Positions 53,472 through 64,000 of a DNA stretch of 64,000 nucleotides are shown one piece after another (position 1 is the stretch's first letter; each line of letters begins with the position of its first letter). The DNA is taken from positions 29,822,001 to 29,886,000 of the forward strand of contig NW_027361754.1 of NCBI RefSeq assembly GCF_039654945.1. Direction: 5' to 3'. The notes under the pieces were generated by a model, which did no database searches, was not told where the DNA came from, and was given only the letters and a program-made list of their open reading frames with translations. This DNA comes from Dendrobates tinctorius. Lineage: Eukaryota. A program made the position numbers and the translations under genes.

Positions 53472-54194
53472 TTAAGTAAAACCTAAAAATAATTTCCCCT
53501 ACGGAACGAGTATTTTGCTCATTCATGGGGTGAGCGGCAGCCTGTTTACATTGTAAGAATATCGTTCTTAGAAACCTTTGTTCCGTATAAATGCACCTTA
53601 ATCCCTGCGAGTCATAAAGATGAAGTATAAATATTGACCAATTTATCAGTCTTTTTAACATCCAATTTGCACTTTTCACCCTTACAAAATCAACATTCAG
53701 GGCTAAGTTTCCTTATCTTTATTTTCTTTTTTTTGTGTGCTTTTACACCTTAAAGGCCATTGCAAGGGCCGATAATCAACCAAATCAGCATCCGCGAGAT
53801 CAGCCGACAATAAGCAAATCTGTTATCATTACTGTCGTCAGTTCAGCTCCCGTGTAAACAGGGTATGTGCTGCAGACAGATGCAAACAGTACGCGGATTG
53901 CATTTACGATGATTAATTCTCATATGGTTTAGCATCGGCGATAGTAAAAAGCATTTAAATGACAGACGATTGGCTTTTAATTCCGCCAGCCAAAATGCTT
54001 TTGCACGCATAGCACTAGTAGATAAAAATATCCAGATAATGGCTAAAGCATTGCCATGTCATGCGTGTTTGCATAACATATGTTTAAATGGTCACTATTA
54101 TCTTAGCAAATTTTCTATAAACCAGAAAGATAAAGCAAATATAAGAAACTATGCAAATTATTTTATCAGACAGATTTGCTGCTTTCAACGCTTA

Positions 54195-54411
54195 GGCCGG
54201 GGTCCCACTTGCAACTGCAATGCGAGAAACTCGTGCAAGTCTCTCGCCTCAATACCCGGCACTGCGCCGGCACTCGGGACCAGAGTGTGCAGCTGCATGT
54301 CTTTCTATGCAGCTGAACGCTCCGGTCCGATCCGCCGGCAGCAATGCCGGGTATTGAGGCGAGAGACTTGCACGAGTTTCTCGCATTGCAGTTGCAAGTG
54401 GGACCCCGTCC
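54195..54411. mobile_element. Palindromic PIF/Harbinger-type MITE
   Basis: GGCCGGGGTCCCACTTGC / GCAAGTGGGACCCCG termini; related to 56133-56327 and about 42622-42797. Confidence 0.7.
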
Positions 54412-55778
54412 ATATGAGCCACTTCTCCCAACCCTTCCTCCTGAATATATCATTCAAGAAACTAAAATCCGCTTTAGAATAAGGGATTTTAGCTGTTTTC
54501 TTCAACAGCCATCTAATAGTTCAACTGATCGTTTGGAGAGCTCGTTTAGCCAAGCACTCCTACGTTATGAGAGGTCCATCACCAGACATGGCTGGCAGCG
54601 GTTTAGCTCAAGGAAAACAAATGATATGGTGGTCCAAAATCGGACATGCCCGATCAACATATTCCCTGATAGACAGTTGTCTGGGCTCCCATATACATTA
54701 GACTATTAGTCGAACCCATCGATATCAGCGAGTTTCGGTCAACACTAGTCTAATGTGTATGTGTATGACGGCCTGCCGGCTCAGTGAGGGATCAGATTAC
54801 AGCTGCTTATTGGAGTCTATAAAGAGGGAGGTGCAAAGTGAGAGAAACATACAGAGTGCTGCACCTGCTCTTTTGTAAGTGTTTTATCTCACACCATAGC
54901 TGGATCCATACAGTATAACGTCATCCATTTCCTAATGAGTTGTCATCTCAATATAAAATGTTCCCTTTATCATAAGGAACATTTGTATAAAACAACTGGG
55001 CAGCTAGAAAAGCGTAATATTCCCTACTTGTCAGCTAGCCTTTTGGGGTATGTGAACATTCAGTGTTTTTAGCTTTGAACTTTGGAGCGGAAACAGAGCG
55101 GAAACTCCAAGTTTTTGAGGAAGATTTTTAGAGTTGCAGTTTAGTTTTTAATCCAGAAATGTAAAAAAAAAAAAAATCAGTGTGAACATACCTTTGGGTA
55201 GATTCACACAACAAAATTAAAAAAAAAAAGTTTTTAATAATGTAAAAAAAAAACCATTTTAAATAACCCCCTTTCCTTATAATAAAAAAAAAAATACACA
55301 TATTTGGTATCGCCACATCTGTAAAAATCCAATCTGTAGGATCAATACTGAAAAAACTGAAATGAAATGCCAGCATTGCTGCTGTAACCCCTTTAGACGT
55401 CACCGTATGAGTCAGTAGTTTTTGACGTATAAAGATGTACTCAATATGACGGCAGAAGATTGAGCTCAGGCATCACGTTTGTTCTCTATGTTTCCATGTC
55501 TTGTATCAAGCTGTATTATTCCTTGTTCTCTATCTAGTTGTATGTACATTTCTGTGTAATTGGCAGCCTGGCGACCGTGCCGGCATCTGCTTTCAGTGAG
55601 TAAGTATTGCGCCATTGCTGTGTGACACATGTACTCACATGCAAAGGAAGAGGAAAACCAAACAATCCTGGAATTACCGTACTTCACAAGTCTGACTGGT
55701 TCACCACGTCTCACCGTCCTCCAGGATGAACACTGAGAATAATATACAAATATCCAGCTCCAATCATTGGCTACTTAC

Positions 55779-55957
55779 AGACTCATCACTGCCCCCTGAA
55801 AGAGGGCGAAACGTCCATGACACAGACACTTCGTCGCCCAGCGGTACGTAAGAGCTGAACGTACACTTCAGCCTGGGATCTGTTCCGTTTCGAACCTGGA
55901 GCTCCTTCGAAGTATATACGTCCATTGATGAGACTGATGGGAAAGGGGAAATTATAC
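55779..55957 (-). CDS. mpzl2: MPZL2 exon 2
   Basis: ttcacag|GT ATA...GAG TCT|gtaagt; 179 nt. ...MDVYTSKELQVRNGTDPRLKCTFSSYVPLGDEVSVSWTFRPLSGGSDES resembles MPZL2/EVA1 (NGTDARLKCTFSS). Confidence 0.92.
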
Positions 55958-56132
55958 CTGTGAATTGCAGGAGATATACAAGCACAGGTTACAAATGATC
56001 CGCCATCCCTAAGCAAAAACAATTGTGTCCCTGCCTGGCCTCACATTAGCCACGGTGCTTGGCACTTACAAAACATTCCTGTGTCTGTGCCATAATCTAC
56101 ATTGCCAATATGGTGTCCTGGTTTCTTTCTAA

Positions 56133-56327
56133 GGCCGGGGTCACACCTGCGAGAAACTCGCACGAGTTTCGCGTCTCAATACCCGGCACTGCCGCCGGCA
56201 CTCGGGACCAGAGTGTGTGGCTGCATGTATTTCTATGCAGCTGAGCGCTCCGGTCCGAGTGCCGGTGTCAGTGCTGGGTATTGAGACGCGAAACTCGTGC
56301 GAGTTTCTCGCATGTGTGACCCCGGCC
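56133..56327. mobile_element. Palindromic PIF/Harbinger-type MITE
   Basis: TAA|GGCCGGGGTCACAC ... GTGTGACCCCGGCC|TAA. Confidence 0.8.
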
Positions 56328-58575
56328 TAATATGGAAACCCTGTATAGTGTGATCAATTCATTGATGGTGGAGGGAGTAATGGCACGTTTTTGTTGGGGA
56401 ACTTTGAGGCTACGTTCCTATGATGAGTTTTTGGTCAGTTTTTTTACTCTGTATTTTTGAAAAAATGAAAATAACTTATTTTACTTTATGGGTGCAGAAA
56501 ATCTGAAACATCAAAATCTCACCAAAAGTTAATTGTGGGAACATAGCCTTAGGCCAGGGTGAAGAAATACCCAGCCCTTAGGTGGCATAAATTCATGCTG
56601 AGACTATTGTGCCGCAAATATGACGCGGATGTCCTGCTGTGTGTGCACCAAATCTGCACAACAATTAGCTCCATTATCATTTAAGGGGTTTAAAACTGCG
56701 AAAACCTTATTCACATGCATAGGATTCAGATTATCCCCCAATCACAAGTGTCAGATCTTTAGTCTGGATTCACACATTTCATTTCTGGATGTAAAGCAAG
56801 CAACCAAAGAAAGAGGGGATATAAAAGAAAGACAATAGATCTTTTCCAGTACACACAGTTTTTTATGTGTTTTTTGCATTTGAGTCCTCACTAAAATCCG
56901 CATCAATTAACACTTCAAATTTGCTTCCTATTGACTTGAATGAGCAAAAGCTTTTATTGTGCATGGTACGCTTTAACAAGTGCTAAAAAAAAGCATCAGG
57001 TCCATTCTTCAACACATTTTCCAAACTTAAATTACAGTTTTTATTACAGTTTTTGATGCAAAGGTTTTTGGGTTTTTTTCAAAAACACAAACTGTTGCTA
57101 AATGTCATATTGTAATTAAAAAGGCACAAAAAAGCACACTTAAAAAATGCCACAAAAATGGCCTAAAACAAAAGTTCTTCCAAAAAATATGCCCTTTTAG
57201 GAGCACTTTAGATGTGGATTTTCAGCCAGAAAAATCCATGTCAAAAACTTCCATGTGACCAGAGGCTCATACTTTTACATTCCTTCTTTCATAAAAAAAC
57301 TGATGTCCCCAACATGGTGGCCCCTGGAGTAGATACAGTACAGCTGGATAATGAGTAACAAGTTGTGGCTTCATATCTACAATATCTAATTAATAGGTCA
57401 GCTGGCCCGAGTCACATATTAACCAATATCCCGCACCCTCATCTCTGACCCATTGCTATATTTCAGCAGGTCAGAGTTCAGGATCTGCAGATATTTCAGG
57501 CGGCTGAGCAAAACCCTACAAGCTGCCGTGTATCGCACAACATTAAAATCAAGGTGACATATTGCAATGCTGGATGTAATGATTTCCTATGAACTGCAAA
57601 CTGCAGGTGCACAGATGTTTTGCTAGTTGCAAATTCTGGGTTCATATTGAGACCCGTGTTTTCAGCAAGCCCTTTACGCCTCATTCAGATGTGCATTTTT
57701 TTTTTTTGCATACAAGGAAAAATAGACCATTTTTCACCAGTGTGCTTTTTCCCATTTTCATCCCTTTTTGGTTCGTGTCTCCATTTTATGGCATGTATTT
57801 TTTCACATATGCAAAAAAGTAAAATATTCCAAAGTTCTCCTCCTACCCAGCAACAGACTGCACTCAGAAGACACAAAGATGGCCTCCGTGTGCTGTCTGT
57901 TTTTTTTTTGTTTTTTTTGTTTGTTTCAGTCCCATTCACTTGAACGGACAAGTTTCATCCGCAAATCATATCACAAACAGACCTGTCTCCCTTTTTTTTC
58001 CGGACAATTGGTCACAAAATAAAAATGGATATGTGAACGGCCCAATGGGTATGCGTTCTATCAAGTATGGGAAAAACGGATGTGACTCAGATGCATATCC
58101 ATGGCACTGTCCATTTTTTTCCCATAGACCCACTGATTTGCATTGTAATGCGTCCCTTTTTGGGGGTGAGGTTGTAGCGTTAATTTTTTATTTTATTTTT
58201 TTTTAATTTTTTTTTTTAGACACTCTGTCCCTCTAGATGAAAAACAACACATGCCAATAGACTAACGGCTAAATGTTCTATGTGTGAAAAACAGGGAAAG
58301 GGCTACGTTCAGGACAGAAGTTTAGTCGGTCGCACACAGAGCCGCTTAATTCAAGGTGCGGGTTCACATGAGCGATTTTCACTTGAATCACCATATATGT
58401 AAGAAAAAAAAAAATCACACAAGTCTTGTCTGTGTTGCAGATGAGGCATGGCTAGCTTTAGCTGTGCTGATTGAGGGCACATGGCGTTTGCACCCGTCTG
58501 TGATGCAGGGGAACACACGGAGCTGCACCCGCAATTTGTGCATAACTTGAACACGATTTTCTGAATGGAGCCCTC

Positions 58576-59102
58576 ACGTTGTAACTGGGAAACTTTTGTT
58601 TTGTGTAGTCCTCCAATGTAGAATTCAATCTAGAGGGCCCATTTTAGAGTCATCGTGTTGCATAACTTTCTGATGTAGCAGCTGTTTGACATGTATATGG
58701 AAAAGATAAGACGAGACATATCAGCGGACAGACGTAAGAAAGTAGAAACACAGCGAGAGCCTGCAATGACCCGATCAAGACATCAATCTGGCGGCTACAC
58801 CCAATGGTCAGAGTGCAACTACACTTCCCCCCCCCCCCCTGACGTTGTAACTGGGAAACTTCTGTTTTGTTTAGTCCTCCAATGGAGAATTCAATCTAGA
58901 GGGCCCATTTTAGAGCCATCGTGTTGCATAACTTTCTGATGTAGCAGCTGTTAGACATGTATATGGAAAGGGCAAGACGAGACATATCAGCGGACAGACG
59001 TAAGAAAGTAGAAACACAACGAGAGCCTGCAATGACCCGATCAAGACTCCAATCTGGCCGCTACACCCAATGATCAGAGTGCAACTGCACCCCCCCCCCC
59101 CC
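58576..59102. repeat. Head-to-tail duplication of a 266-bp unit ending in poly-C
   Basis: ACGTTGTAACTGGGAAACTT at 58576 and 58842; the two copies differ by several substitutions. Confidence 0.9.
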
Positions 59103-59257
59103 AATGAGTCACAACATAGAGGGCTGAGCCCAAGAGTAATGGTAGTGTCAATAATCCCAGCTCAATTATTTAGGCTAACAACCTCACTAGAATGTTCTTG
59201 GATCCTTTTCTTTCCATGGATCTCAACTGGTAGGACCGATAAGTTGTATGGACTTAC

Positions 59258-59312
59258 CTGCAGCCACCAGGGCTATCCGGACAGCTAAGCCAAAAGAGCC
59301 GAGAGCAGGCAT
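59258..59312 (-). CDS. mpzl2: MPZL2 exon 1 (start codon, signal peptide)
   Basis: acaaccATG (A at -3) CCT GCT...GCA G|gtaagt; MPALGSFGLAVRIALVAA(G); 55 nt, phase 1. Confidence 0.8.
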
Positions 59313-60540
59313 GGTTGTGAGTTTGGAAGCCTGTCCTGCCACAGAGGAATGTCTGCACAGGTTCAGGGGAGTGGTGTTCCCACCTGTAGTCTTAGCTCCT
59401 ATTACATTGGGTGGAGTTAGTACTTACAGACAAATGCAGGCGTGACAGACTCGAGAAGGACTGAATACAATCTGGGAAATAGTTTGTCATAGGAACTTGG
59501 CCTCATAGTTCTCGGCTGGGTCACCTAATACGTATGGGGTGACTAGCATTAAAAAAAAATCAGCTTTTCATTTGTGGAGTTGTCGACTGTCTGTAAATTC
59601 CTGGAAAGTTTGCAAAACAGTCCTCGAAATGCTGCGGTTTTACAGTGAAACCAGAAAAAGCACATAAGAATCAAATGCTTATTTTATATGACAACAAGTA
59701 CATGATTTTTATGTAATTCATCTGGACTTGGTGCAGAAAATCAAGGGAAGTTTGCAAGGCGGTATTCAGACTTCACAGCTCTACAAATCCCACATATAAA
59801 GCCTACTGAAATGTTTCACATCTACGACCCCGTGCTCATGTATTCCGGTCAGGCTTGTGTTTGTGAATTTTTTTTTTAGATTTCCCTTATACTAAGTATA
59901 TGGATAAACAGACAAGTAACATTTGGGTTGGGGAAGTGCAAGGGGTGGTTGATCTGGTTCCAAAATTTCAAAAGAAAAAAAAGTAGTAGGGGCATCGCTG
60001 GCACCATGATCTGGGCAGTGCACGTGTCTGAGACGAATCTCTTGGCAAGCTCTTAAACTGTATCAAGAGTCAATTTGATGCCTCGGCATTTGGATCCTGT
60101 GGTTGAGCGGGAATCATAGGCACCGGGGCCCCAACACTTTCCGTCCTGGCAGCCTATGAGATGTCAGCGTCCCCGCGCAGGAGGTGCATTGACATCACTG
60201 CACTGTGCCACCCGTGCCAGGCCCACTTTGTGCGCAGGGGAGGAGAGCACTCGTTGGCTCAGATAAAGCAGCTTCACCTTCGTACCTCCTGTTTTTGCAG
60301 CATGGCAATGCTATGGAAGAAAACTCCACCAATAACACTCCATGTAAGTCTCCCCTAAGGCCAAATTCCACCACAATGCCATGTGTCCACACAGCCATTG
60401 TGAAATTACTGTGGGAACTCCAAGATTTTGATACTAAGTTTTGGTTGTGGTTTTCATGAGCCATTCAGGGAATTACTGTATGTCTCTAATCTAGATTGTC
60501 ATGCATAAACGCAAAAAATGCAACGTTTTCAAGCAATAAA

Positions 60541-61019
60541 GTAGCTTGCAAAAGTATTCACAAACATCCCGCCCCCCACTTGGCATTTTTCGTGTTTTGC
60601 TTCCTCACAACCTGGAATTACACTGGGTTTTTTTAGGGTTTTGCATCAGTTCATGTACAAAACATGCCTACAACTGTGAACATTTGGTTTTCTATCTATT
60701 GTGAAGCAAACAACAAATAGAACAAAATAACTGAAAACGTCAGTGTGCATAACTATTCATCCCCCTAAAGTCAGTACTTTGTAGAGCCTCCTTTTGCGGC
60801 AATTACAACTGCAAGTCGCTTTGGATATGTCTCTATGAGCTTTCAATGTCTTGCCACTGGGATTTTTGCCCATTCCTCAAGGCAAAACTGGTCCAGCTCC
60901 TTCAAGTTAGATGGTTTCCTCTGATGAACAGCAATCATCAAGACTGACCACAGATTCTCAAATTAGATTTAAGGTCTGGGCGTTGACTCTGCCACTCCAG
61001 AATATTTACATGTTTCACC
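60541..61019 (-). mobile_element. 3' part of a different Tc1 element, interrupted by the TTAA insertion
   Basis: TIR-like CTTGCAAAAGTATTCA; minus-strand transposase C-terminus PDLN..ENLW....AVHQRKPSNLKELDQFCLEEWAKIP...YPKRLAVVIAAKGGSTKY*. Confidence 0.75.
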
Positions 61020-62448
61020 TTAACCCCTTTCTGTCATGTGACGTACTATCCCGTCCATGTGCCCTGGGACTTAATTCCCAGGGACGGGATAGTACGTCAC
61101 AGCGATCAGCGGCGCCCACGTGGTGAGCGCCGCTGATCGCGGCTGGGTGTCAGCTGATTATCACAGCTGACACCCAGCACAATGTGTCAGGGGCGGTCAC
61201 GGACCGCCCCGACACGTTAACCCCTTGCACACTGCGATCAAACACGATCGCGGTGTACCGGGGGGTTAAAGGGACGCATCGGCAGGGAGGGGGCTCCCTC
61301 CATGCTTCCCTGAGCCCCCCACAGCAGCGCAATGTGCAGTGCTGCTGCGGGGGGGCTCTATCCCTGCAGGTCCCCGAATCCAAGATGGCGACGGGGACCT
61401 TCGGGGGCCTGCAGGGAGCTGGCTTCCTCAGTGCCTGCACTGTGCAGTGCCTGTGACAGATCGCTGATCTGTCACAGTGATCTGTGATGTGAAAGATCAG
61501 CGATCTGTCACATGACAGCTATGTCCCCCTGGGACAATGTAATAAAGTTAAAAAAAAGGTGTAAAAATAATTTTTTTAAAAATCGCTAAATAAATTAAAA
61601 AAAAAAATTCCCTAATAAATTCATTTTTTGGAAATAAAAAAAAAACAATAAAAGTACACATATTTGGTATCGCCGCATCCATAACGACCCGCCCTATGAA
61701 ACTGTCCCACTACTTAACCCCTTTATCGAACCCCTTAAAAAGTAAAAATAAAAAACTAAGCAAAAAATAATGATTTATTATCATACCACCAAACAAAAAG
61801 TGCAATAACGCGCGATCAAAAAGACACATATAAATATCCATGGTACTGCTGAAAACGTCAGCTTGTCCCGCAAAAAAAGAGCCACCATACAGCATCTTCA
61901 GCAAAAAAATAAAAAAGTTATAGCTCGCAGAATAAAGCGATGCAAAAATAATTATTTTTTATATAAAATTGTTTTCATTGCATAAAAGCGCCAAAACATA
62001 AAAAAAGACCTAAATGAGGTATCGCTGTAACCGTACTGACCCAAAGAATAAAAGGGCTTTATCAATTTTACCGCAGGTGGAACGGTGTAAACGCACCCCC
62101 AAAAGAAATCCATGAAACGCTGGTTTTTGCTCATTCTGCGTCCCAAAAATCGGAATAAAAAGAGATCAAAAGATGTCACGTGCCTGAAAATGATACCAAT
62201 AAAAACGTCAACTCGTCCCACAAAACATAAGACCTCACATGACTCAGTGGGTCAAAATATGGAAAAATTATAGCTCTCAATATGTGGTGATGCAAAAACT
62301 ATTTTTACAATAAAAAGCGTCTTTTAGCGTGCGACAGCTGCCAAACATAAAAACCGCCATAAATAGTAAATCAAACCCCCCGTTATCACCCCCTTAGTTA
62401 GGGAAAAATAATAAAATTAAAAGAAAATGTATTTATTTCCATTTTCCC

Positions 62449-62541
62449 TTTAGGGCTTGGGTTAGGGCTAGGGTTAGGACTAGGGTTAGGGCTAGGGTTA
62501 GGGCTGAGATTAGGGTTTGGGGTGTGTTGGGGTTAGGGTTG
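62449..62541 (+). repeat. Degenerate TTAGGG/CTAGGG hexamer tract
   Basis: ttagggcttgggttagggctagggttaggactagggttagggctagggttaggg... Confidence 0.85.
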
Positions 62542-62544
62542 GAG

Positions 62545-64000
62545 TTATAATTGGGGGGTTTCCACTGTTTGGGCACATCAGATGCTCTCCAAACGCAACA
62601 TTGCGTCTGATCTCAATTCCAGCCAATTCTGCGTTGAAAAAGTCAAACGGCGCTCCTTCCCTTCCAAGCTCTGCCATGCGCCCAAACAGTGTTTTACCCC
62701 CACATATGGGGTATCAGTCTACTCAGGACAAATTGCAAAACAACTTTTGGGGTCCAATTTCTCCTGTTACCCTTAGGAAAATAAAAAGTTGGGGGCAAAA
62801 ATATCATTTTTGTGTAAAAAAAATGATTTTTATATTTTCACGCCCGGGCGTTATAAACTTCTGTGAAGCACTTGGGGGTTCAAAGTGCTCACCACACATC
62901 TAGATAAGTTCTGTGGGGGGTCTAGTTTCCAAAATGGGGTCACTTGTGGGGAGTTTCAATAGTTTAGGTACATCAGGGGCTCTTCAAACGCACATGACAC
63001 CCGCAGACCATTCCATCAAAGTCTGCATTCCAAAACGTCACTACTTCCCTTCCGAGCCCCGACGTGTGCCCATACAGTAGTTTTCTCCCACATATGAGGT
63101 ATCAGCGTACTCAGGACAAATTGGACAACAACTTTGGGGTCCAATTTCTCCTGGTACCCTTGGGAAAATAAAAAAATTGGTGACTAAAAGATCATGTTTG
63201 TGGAAAAAATACGATTTTTTTATTTTCACGCCCGGGCGTTATAAACTTCTGTGAAGCACGGGGGGGTTCAAAGTGCTCACCACACATCTAGATAAGTTCC
63301 TTGGGGGGTCTAGTTTCCAAAATAGTGTCATTTGTTGGGGGTTTTCACTGTTTTGGTACATCAGGGCCAGGGCTTTCCAAACGCGACACGGTGTCCGATC
63401 TCAATTCCAGCCAAAAAAGTCAAATGGCGCTGCTTCCCTTCTGAGTTCTGCCATGCCCCCAAATAGTCATTTACACCCACATATGGGGTATCAGCGTACT
63501 CAGGACAAATTGCACAATAACTTTTAGGGTCCTGTTACCCTTGGAAAAATAAAAATTGGGGGTGAAAAGATCATTTTTGTGGAAAAAATATGATTTTTTA
63601 ATTGTACCGCTGTACGTTATAAACTTCTGTGAAGCCCTTGTGGGCTCAAAGTTCTCACCACATATCTAGACAAGTTCCTTGGGGGGTTTAGTTTCCAAAA
63701 TGGGGTCACTTGTGGGGGGTTTCCACTGTATAGGTACATCAGGGGCTCTCCAAACGTGACATGGCGTCCGATCTGAATTCCAGCCAATTTTGCATTGAAA
63801 AAGTCAAACGGCGCTCATTCCCTTCTGAGCTCTGCCATGCGCCGAAACAGTGGTTCCCCCACACATATCAGGTATCAGCGTACTCAGGACAAACTGCACA
63901 ATAACTTTTGCAGTCCAATTTCTCCTGTTACCCTTGGTAAAATAAAAAAATTGAATCTGAAGTATTTTTTTTGTGAAAAAAGTTAAATGTTCATTTTTTT
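62545..64000. repeat. Diverged ~380-390-bp tandem repeat
   Basis: CTCACCACA.ATCTAGA.AAGTTC recurs near 62888, 63276 and 63654; TACTCAGGACAAA recurs four times. Confidence 0.8.

Larger units (their letters stand above)
61024..64000. mobile_element. piggyBac-like element, left end (continues beyond the window)
   Basis: TTAA|CCCC terminus interrupting the Tc1 remnant; subterminal palindrome TGTGACGTACTATCCCGTCC / GGACGGGATAGTACGTCACA; internal ~380-390-bp tandem units. No transposase or right end is visible. Confidence 0.6.

Noticed and set aside
62449-62541. True telomere or chromosome fusion site
   Set aside because: The tract is short, degenerate, in a single orientation and inside a repeat element.
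36250-64000. Numerous 60-170 aa ORFs in the ORF track
   Set aside because: They have no recognisable domains and mostly arise from MITE palindromes, low-complexity DNA or wrong frames over real exons.

Overview
Vertebrate nuclear DNA, most likely from a neobatrachian (hyloid) frog, judged from its repeat families. Two paralogous Ig V-set genes lie on the minus strand in the same order as in the mammalian cluster: a complete MPZL2 (5 coding exons, 211 aa, 59312-46284) and MPZL3 (exons 1-4, 24161-643, continuing off the left edge). I rebuilt both from splice sites and exon phases; the ORF track shows only fragments of them. Introns and intergenic DNA are dense with transposons: two copies of one DD34E Tc1 family, a 5'-truncated CR1 LINE, a two-LTR PEG10/Sushi-like chromovirus, a Helitron, a V-SINE, an RTE fragment, Penelope-like hairpins with hammerhead-like motifs, many MITEs and a piggyBac-like element. 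The most unusual object is an 11.1-kb hAT element (25170-36245, perfect 8-bp TSD) about 1 kb upstream of MPZL3. It has a ~1190-codon transposase broken by a single stop, two internal tandem arrays, a nested Tc1, a chimeric self-duplication, and a diverged ~470-bp antisense fragment of 18S rRNA as cargo. All family assignments are by eye; no searches were run.
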